Shown one piece after another: positions 30,795 to 40,524 of a stretch of 64,000 nt of DNA. The translations under genes were made by a program, and so were the position numbers. The number at the start of each line of letters is the position of its first letter. The stretch's first letter is position 1. The stretch lies in assembly GCA_965208775.1 (NCBI GenBank), contig OZ242360.1:3145591-3209590 (forward strand), written 5' to 3'. The DNA comes from Chloroflexota bacterium (GTDB lineage: Bacteria > Chloroflexota > UBA11872 > VXNJ01). The notes under the pieces were generated by a model that saw nothing but the letters and a program-made list of their open reading frames with translations, did no database searches and was not told the origin of the DNA.

Positions 30795-31552
30795 TGGCGG
30801 AACAACGACTCGGACTGCAGATAAGCAGGTACGATCCCGAAACGCACGACCGGCCTGAAGCGCGCAACTATGAGGTGGCGGTTGGGGAGTCGATGACCGT
30901 TCTCGACGCGTTGGTGTCGATACATGAAGAACAGGACTCGTCCCTGGCGATTCGTTACTCGTGCCGGGGCGGTGTCTGCGGAGCCTGCGGCGTACAGGTC
31001 AACGGCCTGCCCGTGCTGGCGTGTCGAACGCGCGTATCGTCCCTCGATTGCAACGGGTCCCCCGTCGAGATAGCCCCCTTGCAAAACCATCCGGTTATTC
31101 GGGACCTCGTCGCCGACTTCGATCCCACCTTCCTGACGCTCGGGGCGGGGGAGCCGTGGATTCAACCCGATGCAGGATCGCCCGGGAGCGGCATGGACTC
31201 GGACATGACGCAGGAGGAGGTTGACCGTCTGGGACGGTCCCAGGCGTGCATTTCCTGCGGTCTTTGCGACGCGGCCGTCACCGGCGCAAATGCGTCCGCG
31301 GGCTTCATCGGCCCGGCTGCGCTCGTTCGGGAGTTCCGGTTGGCGGCCGACGTGCGCGACGGGTCGGACCGGGACCGCCTCGAAAAGATCAACGACAGCG
31401 GCGGAATTTGGGACTGCGATCCCGACAAGTCGTGGGACGACGCTTGCCCCGTGGGAATAGACCCGGCAAACAAGATCGAACTGCTTCGAGAGGCTTCGAT
31501 TGCAAACAAGATCGCCGGTCGCAAACGAGTGGAGTCCGAAGCGGCCGCATAG
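30794..31552 (+). CDS. SdhB/FrdB-like Fe-S subunit lacking two [3Fe-4S] ligands
   Basis: SCRGGVCGAC...LAC (2Fe-2S), IRDLVAD, CISCGLCDAAV, CDPDKSWDDACP. Confidence 0.85.
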   Translation: MAEQRLGLQISRYDPETHDRPEARNYEVAVGESMTVLDALVSIHEEQDSSLAIRYSCRGGVCGACGVQVNGLPVLACRTRVSSLDCNGSPVEIAPLQNHPVIRDLVADFDPTFLTLGAGEPWIQPDAGSPGSGMDSDMTQEEVDRLGRSQACISCGLCDAAVTGANASAGFIGPAALVREFRLAADVRDGSDRDRLEKINDSGGIWDCDPDKSWDDACPVGIDPANKIELLREASIANKIAGRKRVESEAAA

Positions 31553-31618
31553 AGTAATGCGAAAAAGCCCGGAAGGGCGTCTTCACGGCTATACAAGAAG
31601 ACTGATGCGGAGGGGTTT

Positions 31619-32548
31619 TTGGCACGCACCAAGGTAACTATTGCGGGCGCTGGGCAGACGGGAGGATCTATCGCCCGTCGGGTAGCCGAGAGAGGTTATG
31701 CCGACGTCGTGATGATCGACGTAGTCGAGGGATTTGCCGCTGGCAAGGCGCTCGACCTCAATCAGACCGGCCCGCTGATGGGGTATCCACCGAACCTGAT
31801 CGGATCCACGGGCTATGACGAGTCCGAGAACTCCGACATTTGCGTAATCACGTCGGGGTTTCCGCGTCAGCCCGGAATGTCGCGGGACGACCTCCTGCTG
31901 AAGAATAAAGAGATCGTCGAGGACGTAGCAGGCCGGCTTGCCGAGAAGTCTCCCGACTGCAAGTTCATCGTACTGACCAATCCGGTCGACGCCATGGCCC
32001 AGCTCGTCCACTCCGTAACGTCGTTTTCCAAGGAGCGCGTGATAGGACAGGGCGGCATTCTGGATTCGGCGCGGTATCGAACGTTCATCGCCTGGGAACT
32101 GGGCGTATCGCCTGAAGACGTGTCGGGATTCGTTCTCGGAGGGCATGGGGACGCGATGGTGCCGGTGCCTCGTTACACGTCCGTGGCGGGTGTCCCCGTC
32201 GGCGAGCTGCTGCCCCAGGACCGCCTCGACGCGATTATCCAGAGGACGCGGGACGGGGGAGCCGAGATCGTAAAGCTCCTGCAGCGCGGCAGCGCCTACG
32301 AAGCTCCGGGCGAGGCCGTGATGCTGATGATCGATTCGATTGTCCTGGACCAGAAGCGGCTGTTCCCATGCTCGGTCCTGCTCGAAGGCGAATATGGGAT
32401 AAACGGCACGTTTGTGGGTGTGCTGGTGAAGCTGGGGGCGCAAGGTTACGAGGGGATGATCGACGTTTCCTTGACCGAGGAAGAGCTGGCTGCTTTACAT
32501 AAATCTGCGGACGGTGTGCGGGAGCTCGTGGAGATAATGGGCGTCTGA
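31619..32548 (+). CDS. mdh: Malate dehydrogenase (LDH-like)
   Basis: GAGQTG, PRQPGMSRDDL (MDH Arg), LDSAR, GGHGD, GSAY. Confidence 0.95.
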   Translation: MARTKVTIAGAGQTGGSIARRVAERGYADVVMIDVVEGFAAGKALDLNQTGPLMGYPPNLIGSTGYDESENSDICVITSGFPRQPGMSRDDLLLKNKEIVEDVAGRLAEKSPDCKFIVLTNPVDAMAQLVHSVTSFSKERVIGQGGILDSARYRTFIAWELGVSPEDVSGFVLGGHGDAMVPVPRYTSVAGVPVGELLPQDRLDAIIQRTRDGGAEIVKLLQRGSAYEAPGEAVMLMIDSIVLDQKRLFPCSVLLEGEYGINGTFVGVLVKLGAQGYEGMIDVSLTEEELAALHKSADGVRELVEIMGV

Positions 32549-32640
32549 CCGCGACTCCCGGCAGATAGAATCGAACGGCCCCCTGATAACCGGTCGCGGC
32601 CCGGTTGATTATGATCCCGCGAAGCAAAGGATATGAATTG

Positions 32641-34053
32641 ATGGCAACACGGACTGAGCGCGATCCGCTCGGCGAAGTCGAGGTCCCGTCCGAAGCCTTA
32701 TACGGCGTTCAGACTCAGCGTGCGGTCGATAATTTCCCAATCAGCGCAATCGGTCCGCATCCGGCGTTCGTCTGGGCGACGGTGCTCATCAAGAAGGCCG
32801 CGGCCGTTACGCATCGTGAGACGGGACGCCTAGATCCGACGCTTGCCGACGCGATCATCCGGGCCGCGGATGAGGTGCTCGACGGGCTGCACGGCGATCA
32901 GTTCGTGGTCGACGTGTTCCAGGCCGGGGCGGGCACGTCGCACAACATGAACGCGAACGAATTGCTGGCCAATCGCGCGAACGAGCTGTTGGGCGGATCG
33001 CGCGGCGACTACGATCCCGTGCATCCCAACGACCATGTAAACATGGCGCAGTCGACCAACGACATCATCCCGACCGCCATCGCACTCGCCGCGCTGCGTC
33101 TCTTGCAGCCGCTCTACGAGGCGCTTGACGGACTTGCCGACTCGCTGGAGCAGAAGTCGGAGGAATGGGACGGCATCGTCAAGTCTGGCCGGACGCACGT
33201 GCAGGACGCCACCCCGGTCCGGCTGGGACAGGAGTTCGGGGCCTACGCAGTCGCCGTGCGCCGGGGTCGTGAGCGAATCGCCGCAGCGGAAGTAGATGTC
33301 CAGGAGCTGAGCATCGGAGGGACTGCCGTGGGAAGCGGTCTCAACGCGGAGCCTCGGTATCAGGAGCGGGTTGTCGAGGTGCTGGGCGAGCTGAGCGGTC
33401 TGACCGTGCGGCGTTCCGAAAACCTGTTCTACTCGATGCAGAGCATGTCGCGGTTCGCGATGCTGTCGGCGGCGCTCAAGGCGCTTGCGGTCGACCTGGG
33501 CAAGCTGGCCAACGATATCCGCCTACTGGGATCGGGACCTCGCACGGGGATTTCCGAGATCAGGATGCCGGCGGTCCAGCCGGGTTCGTCGATCATGCCG
33601 GGCAAGGTCAACCCGGTGATGGCCGAGTGCCTGAACATGATCTGCTTTCAGGTTTTCGGAAACGACCTCGCTGTCACGATGGCGGCAGAGGCCGGGCAGC
33701 TTCAGTTGAACGTGATGATGCCGGTCATAGCCCACAACCTCTCGCAATCGATCGACATCCTGGCGAATGGCTGCAAGCAGTTCCACGAGCTAGGCGTCCG
33801 CGGTCTGGAGCCGGACGGAACGATGATCCGCCACTGGCTGGAGCGCAACACCATGCTGGCGACGGCCCTGGCGCCAAGAATCGGTTACGCGGCGGCGGCG
33901 GAAATCGCCAAAGAAGCCGTCCGCACGGGCGAGAGCATCCCCGACGTAGCCAAACGGATGACCGACCTCCCCGAAGACGAGCTGGCGAGTGCGCTCGACC
34001 CCGCGCCCATGACTGAACCGGGCGTTCGCGCGGGTGGTGGAGGCGGCGGTTAA
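32641..34053 (+). CDS. Class II fumarase/aspartate ammonia-lyase family
   Basis: YGVQTQRA, HPNDHVN, STND, GRTH, signature GSSIMPGKVNP; context suggests fumarase. Confidence 0.9.
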   Translation: MATRTERDPLGEVEVPSEALYGVQTQRAVDNFPISAIGPHPAFVWATVLIKKAAAVTHRETGRLDPTLADAIIRAADEVLDGLHGDQFVVDVFQAGAGTSHNMNANELLANRANELLGGSRGDYDPVHPNDHVNMAQSTNDIIPTAIALAALRLLQPLYEALDGLADSLEQKSEEWDGIVKSGRTHVQDATPVRLGQEFGAYAVAVRRGRERIAAAEVDVQELSIGGTAVGSGLNAEPRYQERVVEVLGELSGLTVRRSENLFYSMQSMSRFAMLSAALKALAVDLGKLANDIRLLGSGPRTGISEIRMPAVQPGSSIMPGKVNPVMAECLNMICFQVFGNDLAVTMAAEAGQLQLNVMMPVIAHNLSQSIDILANGCKQFHELGVRGLEPDGTMIRHWLERNTMLATALAPRIGYAAAAEIAKEAVRTGESIPDVAKRMTDLPEDELASALDPAPMTEPGVRAGGGGGG

Positions 34054-34101
34054 GCGTCGTCGAACGGCGGGGCTAAAGCTGGCCGCTGATCCGAGTAATC
34101 G

Positions 34102-35586
34102 CTACCAGGGCCAGACCTGAGGCTCGCCCGGGTCCATATCGAGCGTCCAGGCCTCAAACGACCTGCTGATTAGCTCGTTGCGAATCGGGTCCCGACCGGG
34201 CTCAAGCCAAAGATCGTCGAATTCGTGCGGGTCGTTTTGGAGATCGAAGAGCTCGCCCAAACCGGCGCCGTGATAACAGACAAGCTTCCAGCGCTCGTCG
34301 CGGTACATCGTGGCGTAGGCGGGTCGTCCGTCCGCGGAATGGTAGAAGTACTCGCACCGCACGAAGTCCTTGTGGTGATCGGGGGGCGCGCTGCCCGTGA
34401 GAATGGGCAACAGCGACCGTCCCTGAACGTGGGCGGGAACGGGCAGACCGCTGATCTCCAGAAGAGTCGGGACGATATCGACAAGCTCGACCAAGGCGTT
34501 GCTCTGCAGCCCCGCCGTCGCTCCCGCGGGCCAGGACCACAGCAGGGGCACTCGCACAAGTCCTTCGTAAAACCGCGCTCCCTTCATCACCAGCCCATGG
34601 TCGCCCAGCGCCTCACCATGATCGCTTGTGAAGATGATTACGGTGTTTTCGCGCAGACCGGCCGATTCGAGCCAGTCCAACAGCCGTCCTATTTCACAGT
34701 CGATCAGCTCGATCATCGCGTAGTAAGCGGCTTTTAGCTGGCGGGCTCTGATCACGTCGAGCGGGTACGGTCCCACGGCAAATGGGACTTGCGCTAAACG
34801 CTCCTGCCGGTGGAGATCGCTTTCGCGAAAGGGGGGATCGCTCAACGTCTCCGGCGGATAACGCTTGTAGTAGTCCCAGGGAGGATCCGAGGGAGGATGC
34901 GGGTCGAACGCATTGACGCTGAGGAACCAGGGGCGCTCGCGGGGCTGGGATATGAACTCGATAGCCTTGTCGGTACACCACCTGGTCTGGTGCAGCTCCG
35001 GCGGCGCATTATCCGAACCGGGCGTGGGTACCTTTAGTCCAGCCCATCCGTTGTCAGGAGTTACCACCCTCAAACCGGGCGAGTCGTATGTGTCGATTGC
35101 GTCAACGGGATCGTGGCCCTGAAGCCGTACCCATTCGAGGTATGAGTCGCCTTCGGGCCAGTATCGATACGGCATGTGGCTGTATTGGAAATAGTCGAAG
35201 CCGTCGTCGCGGCGGTTCTCGGGTCCGTTGTGCGCGCCTGCCAGGTGCAGCTTGCCGATCAGACCGCAGTCGTAACCGGCGTCGGACATGATACGGCTTA
35301 TGAGTTTGTCGACAAGGCTCGCGGGGTAGGTCTCGCACCCGTTGCGAATGACGTGATTGGCGCTCGGGTACATTCCGGTCAAGAAGCTGGCACGGCTCGG
35401 CGTGCATACGGGGTTCTGGCAATAGGCATGGGTGAAAGCCGCGCCCTCGGCCGCCAGCCTGTCGAGATGGGGCGTGCGAATCTCGGAATTTCCGAGAGCG
35501 GCTATTGTGTCAAAACGCTGCTGATCGGTGCAATACAGCAGTATGTTCGGACGCTCGTTAGAGCCGCCTTGGCCGGAGCCCGCCAC
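34102..35586 (-). CDS. Cys-type sulfatase, no signal peptide seen
   Basis: PNILLYCTDQQR, CTPSRAS, GKLH, PHPP, SDHG. Confidence 0.93.
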   Translation of the reverse strand: MAGSGQGGSNERPNILLYCTDQQRFDTIAALGNSEIRTPHLDRLAAEGAAFTHAYCQNPVCTPSRASFLTGMYPSANHVIRNGCETYPASLVDKLISRIMSDAGYDCGLIGKLHLAGAHNGPENRRDDGFDYFQYSHMPYRYWPEGDSYLEWVRLQGHDPVDAIDTYDSPGLRVVTPDNGWAGLKVPTPGSDNAPPELHQTRWCTDKAIEFISQPRERPWFLSVNAFDPHPPSDPPWDYYKRYPPETLSDPPFRESDLHRQERLAQVPFAVGPYPLDVIRARQLKAAYYAMIELIDCEIGRLLDWLESAGLRENTVIIFTSDHGEALGDHGLVMKGARFYEGLVRVPLLWSWPAGATAGLQSNALVELVDIVPTLLEISGLPVPAHVQGRSLLPILTGSAPPDHHKDFVRCEYFYHSADGRPAYATMYRDERWKLVCYHGAGLGELFDLQNDPHEFDDLWLEPGRDPIRNELISRSFEAWTLDMDPGEPQVWPW

Positions 35587-35657
35587 CTTCTACGCCGCCC
35601 TCGCAAGCGACGCCGGAACGGGGACGTCTGCGGTCTCGGAACGGTGGGGCGGCACGG

Positions 35658-36548
35658 CTATCCCTTTATTCCCGTCAGCGTCACGCCCTGCGTGAAGTAG
35701 CGCTGCGCGAAGCCGAATACGACCACCATGGGCGCGACGGAAGCGAAAGCCGCGGCCATCATGAGGTTCCAGAACTGGATGTCCTCGCCCGTCGCGTCGA
35801 TCATGGCGCTAAGGGCGATGCTTATCGTCCATTTCGTCCTGTCGGTCAGAAAGACGAGCGGGTAGAGGAAGTCGTTCCAGACGTTGGCAAACGCGAATAT
35901 GCCGATAGCGATCAGCACCGGCCTCGAGAGCGGCACCATGATTTGCCACCAGATCCTGAATTCCGACGCGCCGTCGACTCTGGCGGCGTCGGAGAGCTCC
36001 TGTGGAATCGTCCTATAGAACTGCCGAACGAAGAAGATGAAATAAGGCGTGCCGAAGAAGGCCGGCACGATCAGCGGCAGAAACGTGTTGACCCAGCCCA
36101 TCCACTTGAAGAGCAGAAACGTCGGAAGCAGCCTGACGGCCAGCGGGACGATCATCGTGCTGATCATGACTATGAAGAGGAAGTTCCGTCCTGGCGCGCG
36201 CAGCCGTGCAAAACCGTAAGCGACGAAAGAGGCCGACAGAATATCACCGACGATCACGAGCGCTGAGATCAGCGTCGTGTTGAAGAAGTATTGATGGAAC
36301 GGCAGGAAGGTTAGCGCCTCAACGTAGTTTTTCCACACAACCGGCGTGGGAATGTAGACGGGCGGGTAGCTTTCAACCTGAGTGGCTTCCTTGAGCGACG
36401 TCGACGCCATCCACAGGAACGGCAGGGCGAAGACAAACGCCACAATGAGAAGAACAAAATGGATGGCGGCGTGGCGCCCCACTCCGGGCGCGGACTGGAA
36501 TAGTCCGCGCCGGACGTGCGTGGCGATTACCGCGACTCGATCACTCAT
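35658..36548 (-). CDS. Carbohydrate ABC transporter permease (MalG-like)
   Basis: YGFARL, EAA loop ELSDAARVDGA, WNDF, FTQG. Confidence 0.93.
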   Translation of the reverse strand: MSDRVAVIATHVRRGLFQSAPGVGRHAAIHFVLLIVAFVFALPFLWMASTSLKEATQVESYPPVYIPTPVVWKNYVEALTFLPFHQYFFNTTLISALVIVGDILSASFVAYGFARLRAPGRNFLFIVMISTMIVPLAVRLLPTFLLFKWMGWVNTFLPLIVPAFFGTPYFIFFVRQFYRTIPQELSDAARVDGASEFRIWWQIMVPLSRPVLIAIGIFAFANVWNDFLYPLVFLTDRTKWTISIALSAMIDATGEDIQFWNLMMAAAFASVAPMVVVFGFAQRYFTQGVTLTGIKG

Positions 36549-37471
36549 GTCTCGTAGTGCACCCAGTGCCGGCTTGTGCCGAACGTAATTCCGGTTACGG
36601 CGAGCACCAAAACGAACAGCACCGTCGCCATTGCCGACGCGTAGCCCATCTCAAAGTTCTTGAAGGCGTAACGGTAGAGATAGAGGACGTAGAAGAGCGT
36701 TGAATTCAAAGGCCCGCCCCGCGTCATGATGTACGCGAAGGTGAAAACCTGGAAGTGGGTAACGAGACCGATCACGAGCAGAAAGAAGGTCGTCGGGCTG
36801 AGCATGGGAATCGTTACGTGCCACATGCGCCGCAGGACGTTGGCCCCGTCGATGGACGCCGCTTCGTACAGGTGGGTCGGAATATTCTGCAAGCCCGCCA
36901 GCATGATCACCATCGTCTGACCGACATACCAGAACGAGAGCAGAATTATTCCGGGCTTTGACCAGTTCTCGTCTTGAAACCAGAGCGGGCTTGGAATTCC
37001 GAAGATGTCCAACAGGTGCTTGACCACGCCCAGCTCCGCGTGCAGCAGCCACAGGAAAATCACCGATGCCGCAGCGTGCGGCACGATCATGGGTAGATAG
37101 AACAGCGTTCGGTAGGCGCCTCTGCCATGAATACGGGTGTTGAGGAACATCGCGAGCGTGAACGCGATCAAAAGCTGTCCGGGCACGGATATCACGACGA
37201 AGTAGATGGTATTGAGCAGCGTGATGGTGAAAAGGCGGTCGTCGGTGAAGATCCCGACGTAGTTGTCCAGCCCAACCCACAGCGGCGCCTTGAAAACGTT
37301 GTAGCGCGTGAAGCCAAGATAGAAGACGGCCACGATGGGGCCGGCGGTAAACACCAGGAACCCCAGAAGCCACGGCGAAAGGAACGTATAGCACCAGAGG
37401 GCCTCTCGCTGGCCCGCCGACAGGCGGACTCTGCCGCTCGCCCTAGGCGCGGGAGCGCCTACAGTCGCCAT
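36545..37471 (-). CDS. Carbohydrate ABC transporter permease (MalF-like)
   Basis: WVGLDNY, LYEAASIDGA, MGYASA. Confidence 0.93.
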   Translation of the reverse strand: MATVGAPAPRASGRVRLSAGQREALWCYTFLSPWLLGFLVFTAGPIVAVFYLGFTRYNVFKAPLWVGLDNYVGIFTDDRLFTITLLNTIYFVVISVPGQLLIAFTLAMFLNTRIHGRGAYRTLFYLPMIVPHAAASVIFLWLLHAELGVVKHLLDIFGIPSPLWFQDENWSKPGIILLSFWYVGQTMVIMLAGLQNIPTHLYEAASIDGANVLRRMWHVTIPMLSPTTFFLLVIGLVTHFQVFTFAYIMTRGGPLNSTLFYVLYLYRYAFKNFEMGYASAMATVLFVLVLAVTGITFGTSRHWVHYET

Positions 37472-37593
37472 GGCATGGTCCGCCCCGGGTCGGCTACGCC
37501 GATAGATCCCTTAAGCGCCCGCTGATACACGGCCGCGGCGCAACTCTCAGAAATCGAAGGCAGTGTTGGTTACAGAAGGGTTCGACGCTATAT

Positions 37594-39144
37594 CTAGCCT
37601 CGCTGCTCCCACCACTTGTCAACTTCCTTCTGGGACTCGGTGGCGCCCCATTCGACGGCATCCTCGGGCGTGCGCTTGTGCAGCAGGGCCTCTTCCTGCA
37701 TCTGAATCGTGATATCGTTCAGCTTCTCTTGAACTGGCGATGCCGGGGAATGGACACTTAGTTCCATTACTTCGAGCGCGAGTTTCCATTCGTCCGGGAA
37801 CTCCTCGCCGAAGCGCGGGTCCTTATTGAATTCCTTAACCGGCGACGGTCTGACCTGTGGGATAAAGAACTCGCGGTTGCCTTCGTCGGTCGTGGTCCAT
37901 TTGAGAAACTCCCAGGCCCCGTCGGGATTTTTCACGCCGGTCGGAATGGCGTATCCCCACCCGCCTTCGACAACGTATTGGGTCTTGGCCGCCGGATTCC
38001 GGTCGTTGTAAGGAACGTGGGCGACTCCCCAATCGACGTCGGGAGCCTGAGCTCCCATGATCAGGAACATCCAGATACCGTCGAAAAGGCTCGACACCTT
38101 GCCTTCGAGGAAGGAGTTGCGGAATGCCGAGCCTCCGCCCACGATTGGCCGGACGTTCTCGAATCCGCCGTAGGTCGTGTCATAGAAATCGATGAGCCAG
38201 CGCAGCGCGCCCTTGCCCTCGTCCGAGTTGTAGAGCACCTGCTTACGGTCGGGGCTGCTGATGAGTCCGTTGTTCATAAAGGTCCACGCGCGGAACCAGT
38301 AGTTCGAGCGGACACCGCCGAGCAGCGGATCGACGCCGACTCGCTCGACCTTGTCGCCATCGAGCACCGTCAGCTTTTCCGCCGCTTCTTCCAACTCGCT
38401 CCACGTTTGCGGCTGCATGTCGGGATCGAGGCCCACTTCCTGTGCTTGGGCTTTATTCCAGAAGAACAGGTTCACATTGGTGCTCGTGGAAAACGGAGCG
38501 GCGAACATCTTGCCGTCCCACGTGTAGACGTCGACCTCGTAGTCGAACCAAGTGTCCTTGGAAATGTTGTCGATTCGCAGCAACTCGTCGATCGGCGTCA
38601 GCACGCCGTTGTCGGAGAATGCTACTAGGTGACGCTGGCCGTGGAGCATGATCACGTCGGGCGGATCGCCGCCGGCGATCGCGGTGAGGTACTTCTCGTC
38701 CATACCTGTTTGCGAGATGAGCGTGTGCCTGACTTTGATGTGGGGGTTCCGCTCCTCGAATCCCGCCGCCTGGGCCTCAATCAGCGGTAAGCGAGGACCG
38801 CCCCAAACGTGCCAATAGGTCACCGCCTGCGCCTTGACCATGGGCGCGGCTTCCCGAACAACCTTGGTGACGACTTTCTCGACGACCGTCTCTTTTTCGA
38901 CTTCGACGACCCTCTCGACCTCTACGACTTTCTCGACTTCCTTTTCGACCTCGACGGGGACTTCCTTGACGACCTCCCTTGTCACGACCCGCTCGACCGG
39001 CACTTCCTTGGTGACGACTTCGACGACCCGCTCGGTGACTGTCTGCACCTCGCCGCATCCGGCGATTGCAGCAGTGGCGAGTCCTAGACCGCCCGCCGAT
39101 CCGATAAGAAACTTGCGACGCAATATCTGGTTACGCGAGTTCAT
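37594..39144 (-). CDS. Family-1 sugar-binding Tat lipoprotein with V/E/K-rich linker
   Basis: RRKFL, lipobox IAGC, repeat linker, AIAGGDPPDV, GGWGYAIP, AWEFLKW. Confidence 0.9.
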   Translation of the reverse strand: MNSRNQILRRKFLIGSAGGLGLATAAIAGCGEVQTVTERVVEVVTKEVPVERVVTREVVKEVPVEVEKEVEKVVEVERVVEVEKETVVEKVVTKVVREAAPMVKAQAVTYWHVWGGPRLPLIEAQAAGFEERNPHIKVRHTLISQTGMDEKYLTAIAGGDPPDVIMLHGQRHLVAFSDNGVLTPIDELLRIDNISKDTWFDYEVDVYTWDGKMFAAPFSTSTNVNLFFWNKAQAQEVGLDPDMQPQTWSELEEAAEKLTVLDGDKVERVGVDPLLGGVRSNYWFRAWTFMNNGLISSPDRKQVLYNSDEGKGALRWLIDFYDTTYGGFENVRPIVGGGSAFRNSFLEGKVSSLFDGIWMFLIMGAQAPDVDWGVAHVPYNDRNPAAKTQYVVEGGWGYAIPTGVKNPDGAWEFLKWTTTDEGNREFFIPQVRPSPVKEFNKDPRFGEEFPDEWKLALEVMELSVHSPASPVQEKLNDITIQMQEEALLHKRTPEDAVEWGATESQKEVDKWWEQRG

Positions 39145-39177
39145 CTTCTACCTCCTCATCGCCGGCAATCCGACAGC

Positions 39178-39510
39178 CTACTCTTTCAAGACCAGATAGA
39201 TAATCAGCTTCACTTCCGGATCGGAGCCGTCGAGCTCCGCGCGCAGGCGGAGCCACCCTCCGAATTCCCGGAGCTTTATCGAGTAAAGACCTTCCTCGCG
39301 CATGACGGGCAACTCAGTCCCCTCGTCGATCCAAAACATGCCGTCCGGGGAAATCTGCGCGCTAGCCCTAAGCTCGGCGCCTTGTCTCATGTTGAGTATT
39401 CGGACGAACCATCTGGCTTCCGACGCCCAGGCGCACTCGTGCGGCTCGGTGTCGAAACTCGAAGTGAAGATCGAGTTTCGTTCGACCACCGCAGTGTGCG
39501 AAGTTCTCAT
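39178..39510 (-). CDS. Small conserved hypothetical protein, beta-rich
   Basis: 110 aa, 5 nt from the upstream gene; TEPHECAWASEA, ISPDG..W, FGGWLR motifs recalled from neighbours of DUF6772 genes. Confidence 0.7.
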   Translation of the reverse strand: MRTSHTAVVERNSIFTSSFDTEPHECAWASEARWFVRILNMRQGAELRASAQISPDGMFWIDEGTELPVMREEGLYSIKLREFGGWLRLRAELDGSDPEVKLIIYLVLKE

Positions 39511-39515
39511 GCTCG

Positions 39516-40469
39516 CTACCAGTCAGCCGAAACAAGCAATGAATCGACGTAAAGGAAATTGCGCACCGGCACGCGCGTGCGAACGTTGATTTCGAGATTC
39601 AACAGCCGGGCCAGCCCCCAATACGGGGAATCGTGCACCGGAACCGGGATGTCGCGTAGGTCCATGACCTTGTCGTTGACTTGAAGCTCGACATTGCGAC
39701 CCCTGCCGATGTCAAACACCCACCGCAGGTAGTGCCAGTTCACTTTGGACGGAATCTCGTTGTAGCAGAGCGGCTGATATCCATCGGGAACGTCCTCCCA
39801 GTCCGCCGGGTCCTGCACCTGGAAGTCCTCGAGCGGACGGTCGAGATAGTCGTCGGGAAACATGTCTCTGATCGTCCTGCGCGTTACCTGCAGCGACGTC
39901 TTGTATTTCCAACGCCGAATCAAGTTGCCCTGAGCATCGGCGTTGACGTAGCGAAGCGCGCAGTGAGTTCGCCGTCCCTCGTCGTCGATTTGAATGTCGT
40001 TACCGATCATGATGTCGCCGAACTGCGCTTCCGAGGGATGGAAGTTTCCATCCCATTCCCGTCCGCCTTCGGGCACCGGCTCGAAGTTCCATTCGGACTT
40101 GTAGCTGAAGTACATCTCCATTTGCACCGGCCCAAGGTCTTGCCACGTGAGTCGCTTGCACATTACCGCCATATGGTCGGGAACGGGCCGGGTAGCAGCC
40201 TTGAGGGCGTATGTACCCGACATCGGCCCGTGCGTGCCCTGGTCGAAGTACGTGCACGTGCTCAACTGGGCGGGATGAAAGTCACGGACGTAGCGGGCCA
40301 TGTTGTCGAGATTTCCGTCTGTGTTGCCGATCAGCTCGCACCAGCCGTTGACGCCGTTGTCGAAGTCGTCGAAGCACAGGATTCGCGGGAGGGGATTGAA
40401 CTTGCTCAGCTTCGGATCGGCCCGAAGCAACGCCAGCCTGAGGGCGTCTGCATCGATCACTCGGCGCAC
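39516..40469 (-). CDS. DUF6772-like protein of unknown function
   Basis: DPKLSKFNPLPRILCFDDFDNG, GTHG...GTYALK, KVNWHYLR; family recognised from memory. Confidence 0.65.
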   Translation of the reverse strand: MRRVIDADALRLALLRADPKLSKFNPLPRILCFDDFDNGVNGWCELIGNTDGNLDNMARYVRDFHPAQLSTCTYFDQGTHGPMSGTYALKAATRPVPDHMAVMCKRLTWQDLGPVQMEMYFSYKSEWNFEPVPEGGREWDGNFHPSEAQFGDIMIGNDIQIDDEGRRTHCALRYVNADAQGNLIRRWKYKTSLQVTRRTIRDMFPDDYLDRPLEDFQVQDPADWEDVPDGYQPLCYNEIPSKVNWHYLRWVFDIGRGRNVELQVNDKVMDLRDIPVPVHDSPYWGLARLLNLEINVRTRVPVRNFLYVDSLLVSADW

Positions 40470-40524
40470 CTCCCGCCTTCAAGTCGTTGGGGCTGCGAGA
40501 GTACCACACACTCCCCCAAGAATG

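Noticed and set aside
38850-39050. DNA periodicity (CTCGAC/TTCGAC) resembling a CRISPR or tandem array
   Set aside because: It is explained by Val/Glu codons of the SBP linker; there is no repeat-spacer structure and no cas genes.
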